DNA of 64,000 nt, from the NCBI GenBank assembly GCA_964016885.1, contig OZ024760.1, forward strand, positions 1,984,001 through 2,048,000, given 5' to 3'. Source of the DNA: Eledone cirrhosa (Eukaryota). Every line of letters starts with the position of its first letter. The first letter of the stretch is position 1. This document shows positions 12,570-28,211 of the stretch, piece after piece. The notes under the pieces were generated by a model that was given only the letters and a program-made list of their open reading frames with translations, was not told the origin of the DNA and made no database searches. Position numbers and translations under genes: made by a program.

Positions 12570-15500
12570 TTCCAGTACCAAATATGTGTGACTATATTCC
12601 ACTATTCCACCATTCCAGTACCAACAATATATGACTATATCCCACTATTCCACCATTACAGTACCAACAATATGTGACTATATCCCACTATTCCACCATT
12701 CCAGTACCAACAATATGTGACTATATCCCACCATACCAGTATCACAGTACCAACAATATGTGACTATATCCCACTATTCCACCATTCCAGTACCAACAAT
12801 ATGTGACTATATCCCACCATACCAGTATCACAGTACCAACAATATGTGACTATATCCCACCATCCCAGTATCACAGTACCAACAATATGTGACTATATCC
12901 CACCATACCAGTATCACAGTACCAACAATATGTGACTATATCCCACCATACCAATATTCCAGTACCAACAATATGTGACTATATCCCACCATACCAGTAT
13001 CACAGTACCAACAATATGTGACTATATCCCACCATACCAGTATCACAGTACTAACAATATGTGACTATATCCCACCATCCCAGTATTCCAGTACCAACAA
13101 TATGTGACTATATCCCACCATACCAGTATCACAGTACCAACAATATGTGACTATATCCCACCATCCCAGTATTCCAGTACCAACAATATGTGACTATATC
13201 CCACCATACCAGTATCACAGTACCAACAATATGTGACTATATCCCACCATACCAGTATCACAGTACCAACAATATGTGACTATATCCCACCATACCAGTA
13301 TCACAGTACCAACAATATGTGACTATATCCCACCATCCCAGTATCACAGTACCAACAATATGTGACTATATCCCACCATACCAGTATCACAGTACCAACA
13401 ATATGTGACTATATCCCACCATACCAGTATCACAGTACCAACAATATGTGACTATATCCCACCATCCCAGTATTCCAGTACCAACAATATGTGACTATAT
13501 CCCACCATACCAGTATCACAATACCAACAATATGTGACTATATCCCACCATACCAGTATCACAGTACCAACAATATGTGACTATATCCCACCATACCAGT
13601 ATCACAGTACCAACAATATGTGACTATATCCCACCATACCAGTATCACAGTACCAACAATATGTGACTATATCCCACCATACCAGTATTCCAGTACCAAC
13701 AATATGTGACTATATCCCACCATACCAGTATCACAGTACCAACAATATGTGACTATATCCCACCATCCCAGTATTCCAGTACCAACAATATGTGACTATA
13801 TCCCACCATCCCAGTATCACAGTACCAACAATATGTGACTATATCCCACCATACCAGTATCACAGTACCAACAATATGTGACTATATCCCACCATACCAG
13901 TATCACAGTACCAACAATATGTGACTATATCCCACCATCCCAGTATTCCAGTACCAACAATATGTGACTATATCCCACCATCCCAGTATCACAGTACCAA
14001 CAATATGTGACTATATCCCACCATACCAGTATTCCAGTACCAACAATATGTGACTATATCCCACCATACCAGTATTACAGTACCAACAATATGTGACTAT
14101 ATCCCACCATACCAGTATCACAGTACCAACAATATGTGACTATATCCCACCATCCCAGTATTCCAGTACCAACAATATGTGACTATATCCCACCATCCCA
14201 GTATTCCAGTACCAACAATATGTGACTATATCCCACCATACCAGTATCACAGTACCAACAATATGTGACTATATCCCACCATACCAGTATCACAGTACCA
14301 ACAATATGTGACTATATCCTACCATACCAGTATCACAGTACCAACAATATGTGACTATATCCCACCATACCAGTATCACAGTACCAACAATATGTGACTA
14401 TATCCCACCATCCCAGTATTCCAGTACCAACAATATGTGACTATATCCCACCATCCCAGTATCACAGTACCAACAATATGTGACTATATCTCACCATACC
14501 AGTATCACAGTACCAACAATATGTAACTAAATCCCACCATACCAGTATCACAGTACCAACAATATGTGACTATATCCCAACATACCAATATTCCAGTACC
14601 AACAATATGTGACTATATCCCACCATCCCAGTATTCCAGTACCAACAATATGTGACTATATCCCACCATCCCAGTATCACAGTACCAACAATATGTGACT
14701 ATATCCCAACATACCAATATTCCAGTACCAACAATATGTGACTATATCCCACCATCCCAGTATTCCAGTACCAACAATATGTGACTATATCCCACCATCC
14801 CAGTATCACAGTACCAACAATATGTGACTATATCCAACCATCCCAGTATCACAGTACCAACAATATGTGACTATATCCCACCATACCAGTATCACAGCAC
14901 CAACAATATGTGACTATATCCCACCATCCCAGTATTACAGTACCAACAATATGTGACTATATCCCACCATACCAGTATCACAGTACCAACAATATGTGAC
15001 TATATCCCACCATACCAGTATCACAGTACCAACAATATGTGACTATATCCCAACATACCAATATTCCAGTACCAACAATATGTGACTATATCCCACCATC
15101 CCAGTATCACAGTACCAACAATATGTGACTATATCCTACCATCCCAGTATTCCAGTACCAACAATGTGTGACTATATCCCACCATCCCAGTATTACAGTA
15201 CCAACAATATGTGACTATATCCCACCATACCAGTATCACAGTACCAACAATATGTGACTATATCCCACCATACCAGTATCACAGTACCAACAATATGTGA
15301 CTATATCCCAACATACCAATATTCCAGTACCAACAATATGTGACTATATCCCACCATACCAGTATCACAGTACCAACAATATGTGACTAAATCCCACCAT
15401 ACCAGTATTACAGTACCAACAATATGTGACTATATCCCACCATCCCAGTATCACAGTACCAACAATATGTGACTATATCCCACCATCCCAGTATCACAGT

Positions 15501-18500
15501 ACCAACAATATGTGACTATATCCCACCATACCAGTATCACAGTACCAACAATATGTGACTATATCCCACCATCCCAGTATCACAGTACCAACAATATGTG
15601 ACTATATCCCACCATACCAGTATCACAGTACCAACAATATGTGACTATATCCCACCATCCCAGTATCACAGTACCAACAATATGTGACTATATCCCACCA
15701 TCCCAGTATCACAGTACCAACAATATGTGACTATATCCCACCATCCCAGTATCACAGTACCAACAATATGTGACTATATCCCAACATACCAGTATCACAG
15801 TACCAACAATATGTGACTATATCCCACCATACCAGTATCACAGTACCAACAATATGTGACTATATCCCACCATACCAGTATCACAGTACCAACAATATGT
15901 GACTATATCCCACCATCCCAGTATCACAGTACCAACAATATGTGACTATATCCCACCATCCCAGTATTACAGTACCAACAATATGTGACTATATCCCACC
16001 ATACCAGTATCACAGTACCAACAATATGTGACTATATCCCACCATCCCAGTATCACAGTACCAACAATATGTGACTATATCCCACCATCCCAGTATTCCA
16101 GTACCAACAATGTGTGACTATATCCCACCATCCCAGTATTACAGTACCAACAATATGTGACTATATCCCACCATCCCAGTATCACAGTACCAACAATATG
16201 TGACTATATCCCACCATCCCAGTATCACAGTACCAACAATATGTGACTATATCCCACCATCCCAGTATTACAGTACCAACAATATGTGACTATATCCCAC
16301 CATCCCAGTATCACAGTACCAACAATATGTGACTATATCCCACCATCCCAGTATCACAGTACCAACAATATGTGACTATATCCCACCATCCCAGTATCAC
16401 AGTACCAACAATATGTGACTATATCCCACCATACCAGTATCACAGTACCAACAATATGTGACTATATCCCACCATCCCAGTATCACAGTACCAACAATAT
16501 GTGACTATATCCCACCATTCCAGTATCACAGTACCAACAATATGTGACTATATCCCAACATACCAATATCACAGCACCAACAATATGTGACTATATCCCA
16601 CCATCCCAGTATCATAGTACCAACAATATGTGACTATATCCCACCATCCCAGTATTACAGTACCAACAATATGTGACTATATCCCACCATACCAGTATCA
16701 CAGTACCAACAATATGTGACTATATCCCACCATCCCAGTATCACAGTACCAACAATATGTGACTATATCCCACCATCCCAGTATCACAGTACCAATAATA
16801 TGTGACTATATCCCACCATCCCAGTATTCCAGTACCAACAATATGTGACTATATCCCACCATACCAGTATCACAGTACCAACAATATGTGACTATATCCC
16901 ACCATACCAGTATTACAGTACCAACAATATGTGACTATATCCCACCATACCAGTATTACAGTACCAACAATATGTGACTATATCCCACCATACCAGTATC
17001 ACAGTACCAACAATATGTGACTATATCCCACCATCCCAGTATCATAGTACCAACAATATGTGACTATATCCCACCATACCAGTATCACAGTACCAACAAT
17101 ATGTGACTATATCCCACCATCCCAGTATCATAGTACCAACAATATGTGACTATATCCCACCATACCAGTATTACAGTACCAACAATATGTGACTATATCC
17201 CACCATACCAGTATTACAGTACCAACAATATGTGACTATATCCCACCATACCAGTATCACAGTACCAACAATATGTGACTATATCCCACCATCCCAGTAT
17301 CATAGTACCAACAATATGTGACTATATCCCACCATACCAGTATCACAGTACCAACAATATGTGACTATATCCCACCATACCAGTATCACAGTACCAACAA
17401 TATGTGACTATATCCCACCATCCCAGTATCACAGTACCAACAATATGTGACTATATCCCACCATCCCAGTATCACAGTACCAACAATATGTGACTATATC
17501 CCAACATACCAATATTCCAGTACCAACAATATGTGACTATATCCCACCATCCCAGTATTCCAGTACCAACAATATGTGACTATATCCCACCATCCCAGTA
17601 TTCCAGTACCAACAATATGTGACTATATCCCACCATCCCAGTATCACAGTACCAACAATATGTGACTATATCCCACCATACCAGTATCACAGTACCAACA
17701 ATATGTGACTATATCCCACCATCCCAGTATTACAGTACCAACAATATGTGACTATATCCCAACATACCAATATTCCAGTACCAACAATATGTGACTATAT
17801 CCCACCATCCCAGTATTCCAGTACCAACAATATGTGACTATATCCCACCATCCCAGTATTCCAGTACCAACAATATGTGACTATATCCCACCATCCCAGT
17901 ATCACAGTACCAACAATATGTGACTATATCCCACCATACCAGTATCACAGTACCAACAATATGTGACTATATCCCACCATCCCAGTATTACAGTACCAAC
18001 AATATGTGACTATATCCCAACATACCAATATTCCAGTACCAACAATATGTGACTATATCCCACCATCCCAGTATTCCAGTACCAACAATATGTGACTATA
18101 TCCCATCATCCCAGTATTCCAGTACCAACAATATGTGACTATATCCCACCATCCCAGTATCACAGTACCAACAATATGTGACTATATCCAACCATACCAG
18201 TATCACAGTACCAACAATATGTGACTATATCCCAACATACCAATATTCCAGTACCAACAATATGTGACTATATCCCACCATCCCAGTATCACAGTACCAA
18301 CAATATATGACTATATCCCACCATACCAGTATCACAGTACCAACAATATGTGACTATATCCCACCATCCCAGTATCACAGTACCAACAATATGTGACTAT
18401 ATCCCAACATACCAATATTCCAGTACCAACAATATGTGACTATATCCCACCATCCCAGTATTCCAGTACCAACAATATGTGACTATATCCCACCATCCCA

Positions 18501-21025
18501 GTATTCCAGTACCAACAATATGTGACTATATCCCACCATCCCAGTATCACAGTACCAACAATATGTGACTATATCCCACCATACCAGTATTACAGTACCA
18601 ACAATATGTGACTATATCCCACCATACCAGTATCACAGTACCAACAATATGTGACTATATCCCACCATCCCAGTATCACAGTACCAACAATATGTGACTA
18701 AATCCCACCATACCAGTATCACAGTACCAACAATATGTGACTATATCCCACCATCCCAGTATCACAGTACCAACAATATGTGACTATATCCCACCATACC
18801 AGTATCACAGTACCAACAATATGTGACTATATCCCACCATACCAGTATCACAGTACCAATAATATGTGACTATATCCCACCATCCCAGTATTCCAGTACC
18901 AACAATATGTGACTATATCCCACCATCCCAGTATCACAGTACCAACAATATGTGACTATATCGCACCATACCAGTATCACAGCACCAACAATATGTGACT
19001 ATATCCCACCATCCCAGTATCATAGTACCAACAATATGTGACTATATCCCACCATACCAGTATCACAGTACCAACAATATGTGACTATATCCCACCATCC
19101 CAGTATCACAGTACCAACAATATGTGACTATATCCCACCATCCCAGTATCACAGTACCAACAATATGTGACTATATCCCACCATCCCAGTATCATAGTAC
19201 CAACAATATGTGACTATATCCCACCATCCCAGTATCACAGTACCAACAATATGTGACTATATCCCACCATACCAGTATCACAGTACCAACAATATGTGAC
19301 TATATCCCACCATACCAGTATCATAGTACCAACAATATGTGACTATATCCCACCATCCCAGTATCATAGTACCAACAATATGTGACTATATCCCACCATC
19401 CCAGTATCATAGTACCAACAATATGTGACTATATCCCACCATCCCAGTATCACAGTACCAACAATATGTGACTATATCCCACCATCCCAGTATCACAGTA
19501 CCAACAATATGTGACTATATCCCACCATACCAGTATCACAGTACCAACAATATGTGACTATATCCCACCATCCCAGTATCACAGTACCAACAATATGTGA
19601 CTATATCCCACCATCCCAGTATCATAGTACCAACAATATGTGACTATATCCCACCATCCCAGTATCATAGTACCAACAATATGTGACTATATCCCACCAT
19701 CCCAGTATCATAGTACCAACAATATGTGACTATATCCCACCATCCCAGTATCACAGTACCAACAATATGTGACTATATCCCACCATCCCAGTATCATAGT
19801 ACCAACAATATGTGACTATATCCCACCATCCCAGTATCATAGTACCAACAATATGTGACTATATCCCACCATACCAGTACCACAGTACCAACAATATGTG
19901 ACTATATCCCACCATCCCAGTATCACAGTACCAACAATATGTGACTATATCCCACCATCCCAGTATCACAGTACCAACAATATGTGACTATATCCCACCA
20001 TCCCAGTATCACAGTACCAACAATATGTGACTATATCCCACCATCCCAGTATCACAGTACCAACAATATGTGACTATATCCCACCATACCAGTATCACAG
20101 TACCAACAATATGTGACTATATCCCACCATACCAGTATTACAGTACCAACAATATGTGACTATATCCCACCATACCAGTATCACAGTACCAACAATGTGT
20201 GACTATATCCCACCATACCAGTATCACAGTACCAACAATATGTGACTATATCCCACCATCCCAGTATCACAGTACCAACAATATGTGACTATATCCCACC
20301 ATACCAGTATCACAGTACCAACAATATGTGACTATATCCCACCATACCAGTATTACAGTACCAACAATATGTGACTATATCCCACCATACCAGTATTACA
20401 GTACCAACAATATGTGACTATATCCCACCATACCAGTATCACAGTACCAACAATATGTGACTATATCCCACCATACCAGTATTCCAGTACCAACAATATG
20501 TGACTATATCCCACCATACCAGTATTCCAGTACCAACAATATGTGACTATATCCCACCATACCAGTATTCCAGTACCAACAATATGTGACTATATCCCAC
20601 CATACCAGTATTCCAGTACCAACAATATGTGACTATATCCCACCATACCAGTATCACAGTACCAACAATATGTGACTATATCCCACCATACCAGTATTAC
20701 AGTACCAACAATATGTGACTATATCCCACCATACCAGTATCACAGTACCAACAATATGTGACTATATCCCACCATACCAGTATCACAGTACCAACAATAT
20801 GTGACTATATCCCACCATACCAGTATTACAGTACCAACAATATGTGACTATATCCCACCATACCAGTATCACAGTACCAACAATATGTGACTATATACCA
20901 CCATACCAATATCACAGTACCAACAATGTGACTATATCCCACCATACCAGTATCACAGTACCAACAATATGTGACTATATCCCACCATACCAGTAATAAC
21001 CACGTGTACTATATCCCACCATCCT
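12570..21025. repeat. 43-bp tandem satellite, ~195 copies
   Basis: Unit cagtaccaacaatatgtgactatatcccaccat(a/c)ccagtat(ca/tc/ta). Period checked at 13201/13244. Confidence 0.97.
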
Positions 21026-21104
21026 AGAATGTCAGTAGTTCTACCAGAAACAACTCCTTCATCTCCCAAACATTTGAGGGTTGGCATCAGTAAGGTCATC
21101 TCAT

Positions 21105-21176
21105 CTGGCTGTTGTTGTTGTTACTGCTGTTGTTGTAGCTATTGTTGTAGCTATTGTTATAGTTATAGCTATAGTT

Positions 21177-21223
<47 letters not shown>

Positions 21224-21341
21224 TGTTTTTGTTGTTGTAGTTGTTACTGCTGTTGTTGTAGCTATAGAAGTAGTTGTTGTTGCTGTAGTTGTAGTAGAAG
21301 TAGTAGTGGTAGTTGTTGTTGGTGTAGTAGTAGTAGTAGTG

Positions 21342-21385
<44 letters not shown>

Positions 21386-21539
21386 TGTAGCAACAGTTGT
21401 TGTTGTTGTTGTTGTTGTTGCTGTAGTTATGTCTATATTAGTAGTAGCAGTAGTAGCAGTTGTAGTAGTAGTAGTAGAAGTAGTAGTAGTAATAGTAGTG
21501 GTAGTAGTAGTAGTTGTTGTTGTTGTTGCTGTAGTAGTA

Positions 21540-21570
<31 letters not shown>

Positions 21571-21686
21571 CAGCAGTTGTTGTTGTTGCTGTAGTTATGT
21601 CTATATTAGTAGTAGTAGTACTAATAGTAGCAGTAGTTGTAGCAGCAGTAGTAGTAGTAGTTGTTGTTGTTGTTGTTGTTGCTGCT

Positions 21687-21747
<61 letters not shown>

Positions 21748-21845
21748 CAGCAGTTGTTGTTGTTGTTGCTGTAGTTATGTCTATATTAGTAGTAGTACTA
21801 ATAGTAGCAGTAGTAGTAGCAGCAGTAGTAGTTGTTGTTGTATTG
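21105..21845. repeat. Compound (GTA)n/(GTT)n microsatellite with higher-order duplication
   Basis: gctgtagttatgtctatattagtag recurs three times. Confidence 0.85.
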
Positions 21846-21964
21846 GCCACTTGAAGAGAGAGATTAATCTGAAGACATCACCAATAACAGATAATCAATA
21901 ATAACATTACTTCAATGTCAAATTACAAACTAAACCACACTCTATTGATACCTACTTAACAACA

Positions 21965-22817
21965 TAAAGTCTCACTTACAACAGCACCCCACTCCTCTCA
22001 CTTTCTCACTCTCTCTCTAACTCATTTACAACAGACCCCACTTCACCTCTCTCACTTTCTCTCTCACTACCCACTCTCTCTCTTTTACTTTCTCACTACC
22101 TCACTTACCACAGACCCCCCCACCTCTCTCTTACTTTCTCACTACCTCACTTACAACAGACCACCACCCCACCTCTCTCCTTTTCTCACTCTCTCTCTAC
22201 TTCACTTACAACAGACCACCACCCCACCTCTCTCACTTTCTCTCTCTCTCACTACCCACTCTCTCTCTCTTACTTTCTCACTACCTCACTTACAACAGAT
22301 CCCTCCCCACCTCTCTCTTACTTTCTCACTCTCTCTCTCTACCTCACTTACAACAGACCACCCCACCTCTCTCCTTTTCTCACTCTCTCTCTACCTCACT
22401 TACAACAGACCACCCCACCTCTCTCCTTTTCTCATTCTCTCTCTACCTCACTTACAACAGACCATCCCACCTCTCTCCTTTTCTAACTCTCTCTCTACCT
22501 CACTTACAACAGACCACCACCATACTTCTCTCACTCTCTCTCTCTACTTCACTTACAACACCACCCCACCTCTCTCACTTTTTCACTCTCTCTCCCTCTC
22601 ACTACTCACTCTCTCTCTTAATTTCTCACTCCCTCTCTACCTCACTTACAACACCACCACCGCCTCTCTCTCTCTCACTACCAACTCTTCTCCTTCACTC
22701 CCTCACTTTCTCCCCCCCCCCTGACTCCCCCATTCTCTCCCACCTCTTCACTCTCACTCTTCCACCCTGACTCACTTCTCTTGTTCTCACTCTTTCATTT
22801 TCTCTCACTCACCCTAG

Positions 22818-22874
<57 letters not shown>

Positions 22875-23345
22875 GTCTCCCTCCTTCACTTTCTCTCACT
22901 CCTCTTCTTTCTCCTCTCCTTCACTTTCTCTCTCACTGCCTCACTTTCTCTCTCTTTCACTCACTCCCACCCTTACTCCCACCCTTAATCTCCCTAGACC
23001 CTCTTCTCTGTCGCCTTCACTCCACTTTCTCTCTCACTCCCTCACTTTCTCACCTTCACTTTCTCTCTCTTTCACTCACTCTCACCCTCACTCCCACCCT
23101 TACTCTCCCTAGACCCTCTTCTCTGTCTCCCTCACTCCACTTTCTCTCTCACTCCCTCACTTTCTCACCTTCACTTTCTCTCTCTTTCACTCACTCTCAC
23201 CCTCACTCCCACCCTTACTCTCCCTAGACCCTCTTCTCTGTCTCCCTCACTCCACTTTCTCTCACTCCCTCACTTTCTCACCTTTACTTTCTCTCTCTCC
23301 GTCTCTCTCTCTCTCTCACTGCCACCGTCACTCACCCCACTCTCT
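21965..23345. repeat. CT-rich minisatellites (~50-bp cacttacaacagacc units, then ~115-bp ccctagaccctc units)
   Basis: Recurring anchors visible at regular spacing. Confidence 0.8.
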
Positions 23346-24409
23346 CTCTCACTCTCCCCCCTGCTCTCACTCTCCCTCCAATATCTTATTACAACAAAAC
23401 TGACATATTAAATTAAAATACATCACTCTCACATGTTTTCACTCTCCTTTCTTTTCTTTTGTTAGTTTTGCTGTTATGTTCTTGACTGTTGAGTGTTTAG
23501 CATGCTTGGCTCTTAATCAAGAGATCATTAGTGAACCCATGCTGTCAAGAATGACGGCAACAGGCAACACAGTCAAATGTATTTAATAGGAATAGGCTAT
23601 GTAGCCGGTCCCGGCAAAATAATACGCCAAGGTCAGTGTGGTGTTTCGGCTGTGCTTCACGGACAAAATGGCAAAAAGCATTTCCATGGAAAATGGTCAG
23701 CAACATCTGCAACAAGAGCCACCCCCACCTCACAGGGTTCTTTCCTCAGACAGGCTGCTATAATTCCAATTTTATGGAAGAGGTTAGCAGCTGTCTGGAG
23801 CCTGAGGACACCTGAGGTCTGGATGGTAATGGAAGATTTACTTACGAATAAAGAGATATTTTAATATGCATAATAAATCACCAAGAACCTACCGCAATAA
23901 CAAGGCTATTTAAGAGACTATAACAAACATACCATACAGCCTACATTATTTTTAACTAGAGCAATGGGTGGTACTGCAGTAAAATCAGAAAAAAAATTGA
24001 AAAAAATGCCCTAATAAGATTATAAAAAAAAGTTGTTGACAGGAAAAAAAGATTTCTTTACAGATAAGTGCAGAAATTTTTGCAAATATACAAGGAAATC
24101 TTAAAGAATTCTTACAGCTCTTTGGTTACATAGATATAAAGTTTAAATACTGATGTATAGGGGGACATTTATAAAGGTTAATGGTGTTAATATTTCATGG
24201 AGGATACCAACCAATTTATTCTTTTATTCATTTAATGGTTTCAGTCATGAGATTTTGGCCATGCTGGGGCACCACTTTCAAAGGATTTTTTGTTGATCCT
24301 ATCAATCAACCATAATACTTATTTTTTCAAGTCAAGTCTGATAATATTTTATTAATATTTTTTGTCAAATTGCTAACTTATGGGATATAAACACAAATGT
24401 AGGCATGAT

Positions 24410-24441
<32 letters not shown>

Positions 24442-24533
24442 CACTCATGCAAGCATACACAGACACACATACATACACATATATACACACTTAGTACCTG
24501 CTATATAGCAGCTACAGATTTGATTCATACCTA

Positions 24534-24564
<31 letters not shown>

Positions 24565-24792
24565 CACTCATATATAAATACACTCATACAAGCACACATA
24601 CACATACATATATATATATATATGTGATGAGCTAAGGCATTGGTCAAGCCAAAGCTATGGTACAAGAGACTTGCCCAAGGTGTCAGTCATGTAGTGTGAC
24701 TGAATTTAAAATTGGTTTAGATATTCTTCTTAATTTGAAGACAAAACTCTTTTAGTGCGAGGTCCAAATACAAGGAGTGTTTCAGGCAGTAG

Positions 24793-24830
<38 letters not shown>

Positions 24831-24986
24831 ACAACATCAGCAGCAACAATAACAATAGCAACCACTTGCTCATAATAGTGAGAGATGGGGAGGGTGGAGG
24901 AGACGAAGGCGATGACAGTGGGAGCTTGGTTCCTCTGTGTTTGGACCTTGTGTACATGTGTGTGTGTAATTTTATACTATTTTGAG

Positions 24987-25030
<44 letters not shown>

Positions 25031-26199
25031 TCATGACATTTTTCATAGCCATGGCCAACATCTGAGAAGAAACTAACCTGAACCAACAATAATGGCAACA
25101 ACAACAATAGTAACCACAGCAACCACAGCAGCAGCATCAACAACATCAACAACAAAGACAAACAGGACAGCAAATACTACAACCACAACAGCAACATCAG
25201 CAACAAAAACAAACAGGACAGCAGCAACCACAACAACAGAAGCGATAACAACGGCAACCACAAGAACAGTAACTACTACAATAGTTGCAGTGAATTATTT
25301 AGCTGTCCAGCTCCCCATAGCTCTGGACTTCTCAGTCAAGCCTTATTGGTTAGAAGACATGTGGACATATTAAAGAAATTCTAAAAGAAAATAAATTATT
25401 TTAAAAAAATAGAAATAAAAATAAAAATAATATTAAACTCCATCTCAAGTTTCACGTAGCAACAACATTAAAATTCACCCCAAAATAGCAAAATTGCACT
25501 AAAAGGGAAAAAATTATTTTTTAAAATAAAATATATAAATAAAATATAAATAAAAAATTTAAGAATTAAAAAAAATATGAATAAAGAGATTTAAGAATTA
25601 AAAAAATATAAATAAAATGATTTAAAAATTAAAAAAATATAAATAAAATGATTTAAGAATTAAAAAATATAAATAAAATGATTTGAGAATTAATATATAT
25701 AAAGATTTAAGAATTAAAAATATATATATAAATATATTTAAGAATTAAAATATATATATATAAATTTAAAAATTAAAAATATATATATACAAAAAATGTA
25801 ATAATTAAAAAAACAAAAAAGGTTTAATAATTAAAAAAAATACAAATGAAGAGATTTAAAAAATGTAAGAATATAAATGAAGAGGTTCAAGAATTAAAAA
25901 AATATGAAAAAAAAAAAGATTTAATAATTAAAAATATATATATAAATATATTTAAGAATTAAAAAATATATATATAAAAATTTAAGAATTAAAAAAGTAT
26001 ATATAAATTATAAGATTTAAGAATTAAAAGAATATAAATAAATATTTAAGAATTAAAACAAACAGCTATCGAAATAGAAATTTTAAAAAATAATAAAAAT
26101 GATGATGATGATGATGATGATGATGAATATGGTGAGGATGATGGTGGTGGTGGCGGTGATGATGATGATGATGGTGACGATGATGGTGACGACGACGAG

Positions 26200-26614
26200 T
26201 GGTGGTTTGTCAGTATCGATAGAGCGTCAGGCTTGCTTTGCAGCATATAGTTACGGCCCTTTACGGACTACGTAAGTTCAAATCCCGCTGAGATTAACTT
26301 TGCCTTTCATCCTTAGGGAGTCGATAAAATAAAGTACCAGTAATGTACTGAGATAATTGCTGGCCTTGTGCCAAAAGTAGAAACAATTATTATTATTATT
26401 ATTTAGTCAAAACGAGGTGGATTGGCAGTATCAGTAGAGGGTCGGGCGCCATGCTTTGACACATAGAGTTACGGTCCTTGCCATTCTCAGTTCAAATCCT
26501 GCCGAGGTTAACTTTGCCTTTCATCCTTACAGGGTCAATAAAATAAAGTACCAGTAATGCACTGGGTATTTGCTGGCCTTGTGCCAAAAGTAGAAACAAT
26601 TATTTAGTCAAAAC
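26200..26614 (+). mobile_element. Two tandem SINE family A copies; the second has a 16-bp TSD
   Basis: TSD attatttagtcaaaac at 26398-26413 and 26599-26614. Confidence 0.88.
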
Positions 26615-27305
26615 TATTTAAATAGGAACTGTATTTAGTCTGATAGTAGAACTAGCAATAAAACTATCCACACCTTCAAATGACCTCAGACAGACAATTT
26701 AATCAATATTCTTTCTATTTTACGAGATATATATATTTTTATTTTTTATATCTTTACAGAATATTTTTGGAAATAGAAATTTAAAACGAAAACATGAAAA
26801 AATGTTTAATTTAAAATATTTCAGCCATTATCATTTACACATCTGTCAGTCTGTAATGGTGATTTCTTAGTTTTTTTGGAGGGCTGCCTATCAGTCTATA
26901 TGTCTATCTGTCTATATATATGTCTATATATGTCTATCTGTCTATATATCTACCTGTCTGTATACCTACCAGTCTATATATCTATCTGTCTATATATCTA
27001 CCTGTCTGTATACCTACCTGTCTATGTATCTATCTGTCTATATATCTATCTGTCTATATATTTATCTATCTATTTTTTTCGGGGGGGGGGGGGTTGTGCT
27101 CCCCATATGAACTGTCTCCCCCTATTGGGGAAAATCGATTAACTTTTAATTTGCATTTTGTGATAATATTTTACACGTTTTTATTGTAAGTAAAGTCCCC
27201 CTTTTGTAATTGTCCCCTTCTTTTGTGCCCCTGTGGCTAATAAAGAAACATATCTGTCTATATGTCTATCTCTCTATTTGTCTATCTGTCTACATGTATA
27301 AATAT

Positions 27306-27533
27306 TTAACCTTTTAGCATTTAAACCAGCCATATCTGGCCAGAATTCTCTCATGTGTTTCTGCTCAAACCGGTTGTAACTGGCCACTTATACTGATGTT
27401 AAAGTATTATTCTCAAAATGAATAATATCAAAATCTCGTAGATTCGATATTATGTGAGATATTTATGTGAGGTAAGTGTTTACCCTGAAAATACAATAGT
27501 TTATATAGAGTAATGTAAATGATAAAGGGTTAA
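27306..27533. mobile_element. TTAA-flanked piggyBac-type MITE (family D, ~225 bp)
   Basis: Family termini TTAA-CCCTTTAGCATTTA ... TAAATGCTAAAGGG-TTAA (slightly diverged in this copy). Other copies at 7391-7973, 8157-8507, 11643-12097, 41536-41823, 45739-45880, 46035-46246 and 46255-46483. Confidence 0.8.
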
Positions 27534-27879
27534 ACAATTTTTAGAGAAGGGCCTCACATTTCATATAGCTTAGGGTCTCAGCAGGTGAAAGTCTGGCCCA
27601 GATGATGGGCTTCCACACAGTTTCCTTTTACCAAAATCCCTTACAAGACATTGATCAAACCATAGCTGCAGTAGAAATACTTGCCCAAGGTGCCACACAA
27701 TGGGTCTGAACCCAAAACCAAGTGGTTGTGAAGTGAATTCCTTAACCACACAGACATACTTACTTCCTGTATTTTATTCATGAGAACAAGGCTTACATGT
27801 ACAGAGTAAAGTACTCAATAGTGGTGTATATTATTACTAGATTTCATGAGTGTAAATATGCATATACATGTGTGTGTAT

Positions 27880-28211
27880 CTATCTATCTAAGGCGGGTAA
27901 AATTCCCGAGATCCATGGACGAGTTCTCTCCAGCGGTCTCTGTCCCTCATTATCGCTGCCATGTCCTGCGTCTCCAACAGACCAGTGTCTGTCCTTAGGG
28001 CATCAACATACGTTAACCTTGGTCTTCCTCTTCTACTGTGTCCATGTAGGGGCTCCCTACCTTTTTATCATCGTAGTGGACTATTGTATGCGCCTTGCAC
28101 TGGAGAAACACCAGGACTCTGGCTTTACTGTAGCACCGGCTCAGAGCAGGAGAGTTAGGGCGAAAAAGGTATCGGATGCTGAATTTGCCGACGACATAGT
28201 TTTGGTGACAA
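27880..28211 (-). mobile_element. 5'-truncated, 5'-inverted RTE-clade LINE insertion
   Basis: Minus 28057-27888 encodes EPLHGHSRRGRPRLTYVDALRTDTGLLETQDMAAIMRDRDRWRELVHGSREFYPP* followed by an (ATAG)n tail. Plus 28052-28213 encodes APYLFIIVVDYCMRLAL...DAEFADDIVLVTN (RT core). 12-bp direct repeat atgtgtgtgtat at 27868-27879 and 28212-28223. Confidence 0.85.

Noticed and set aside
12570-21025. CRISPR-like appearance of the 43-bp array
   Set aside because: No unique spacers and no cas genes; it is a eukaryotic tandem satellite.
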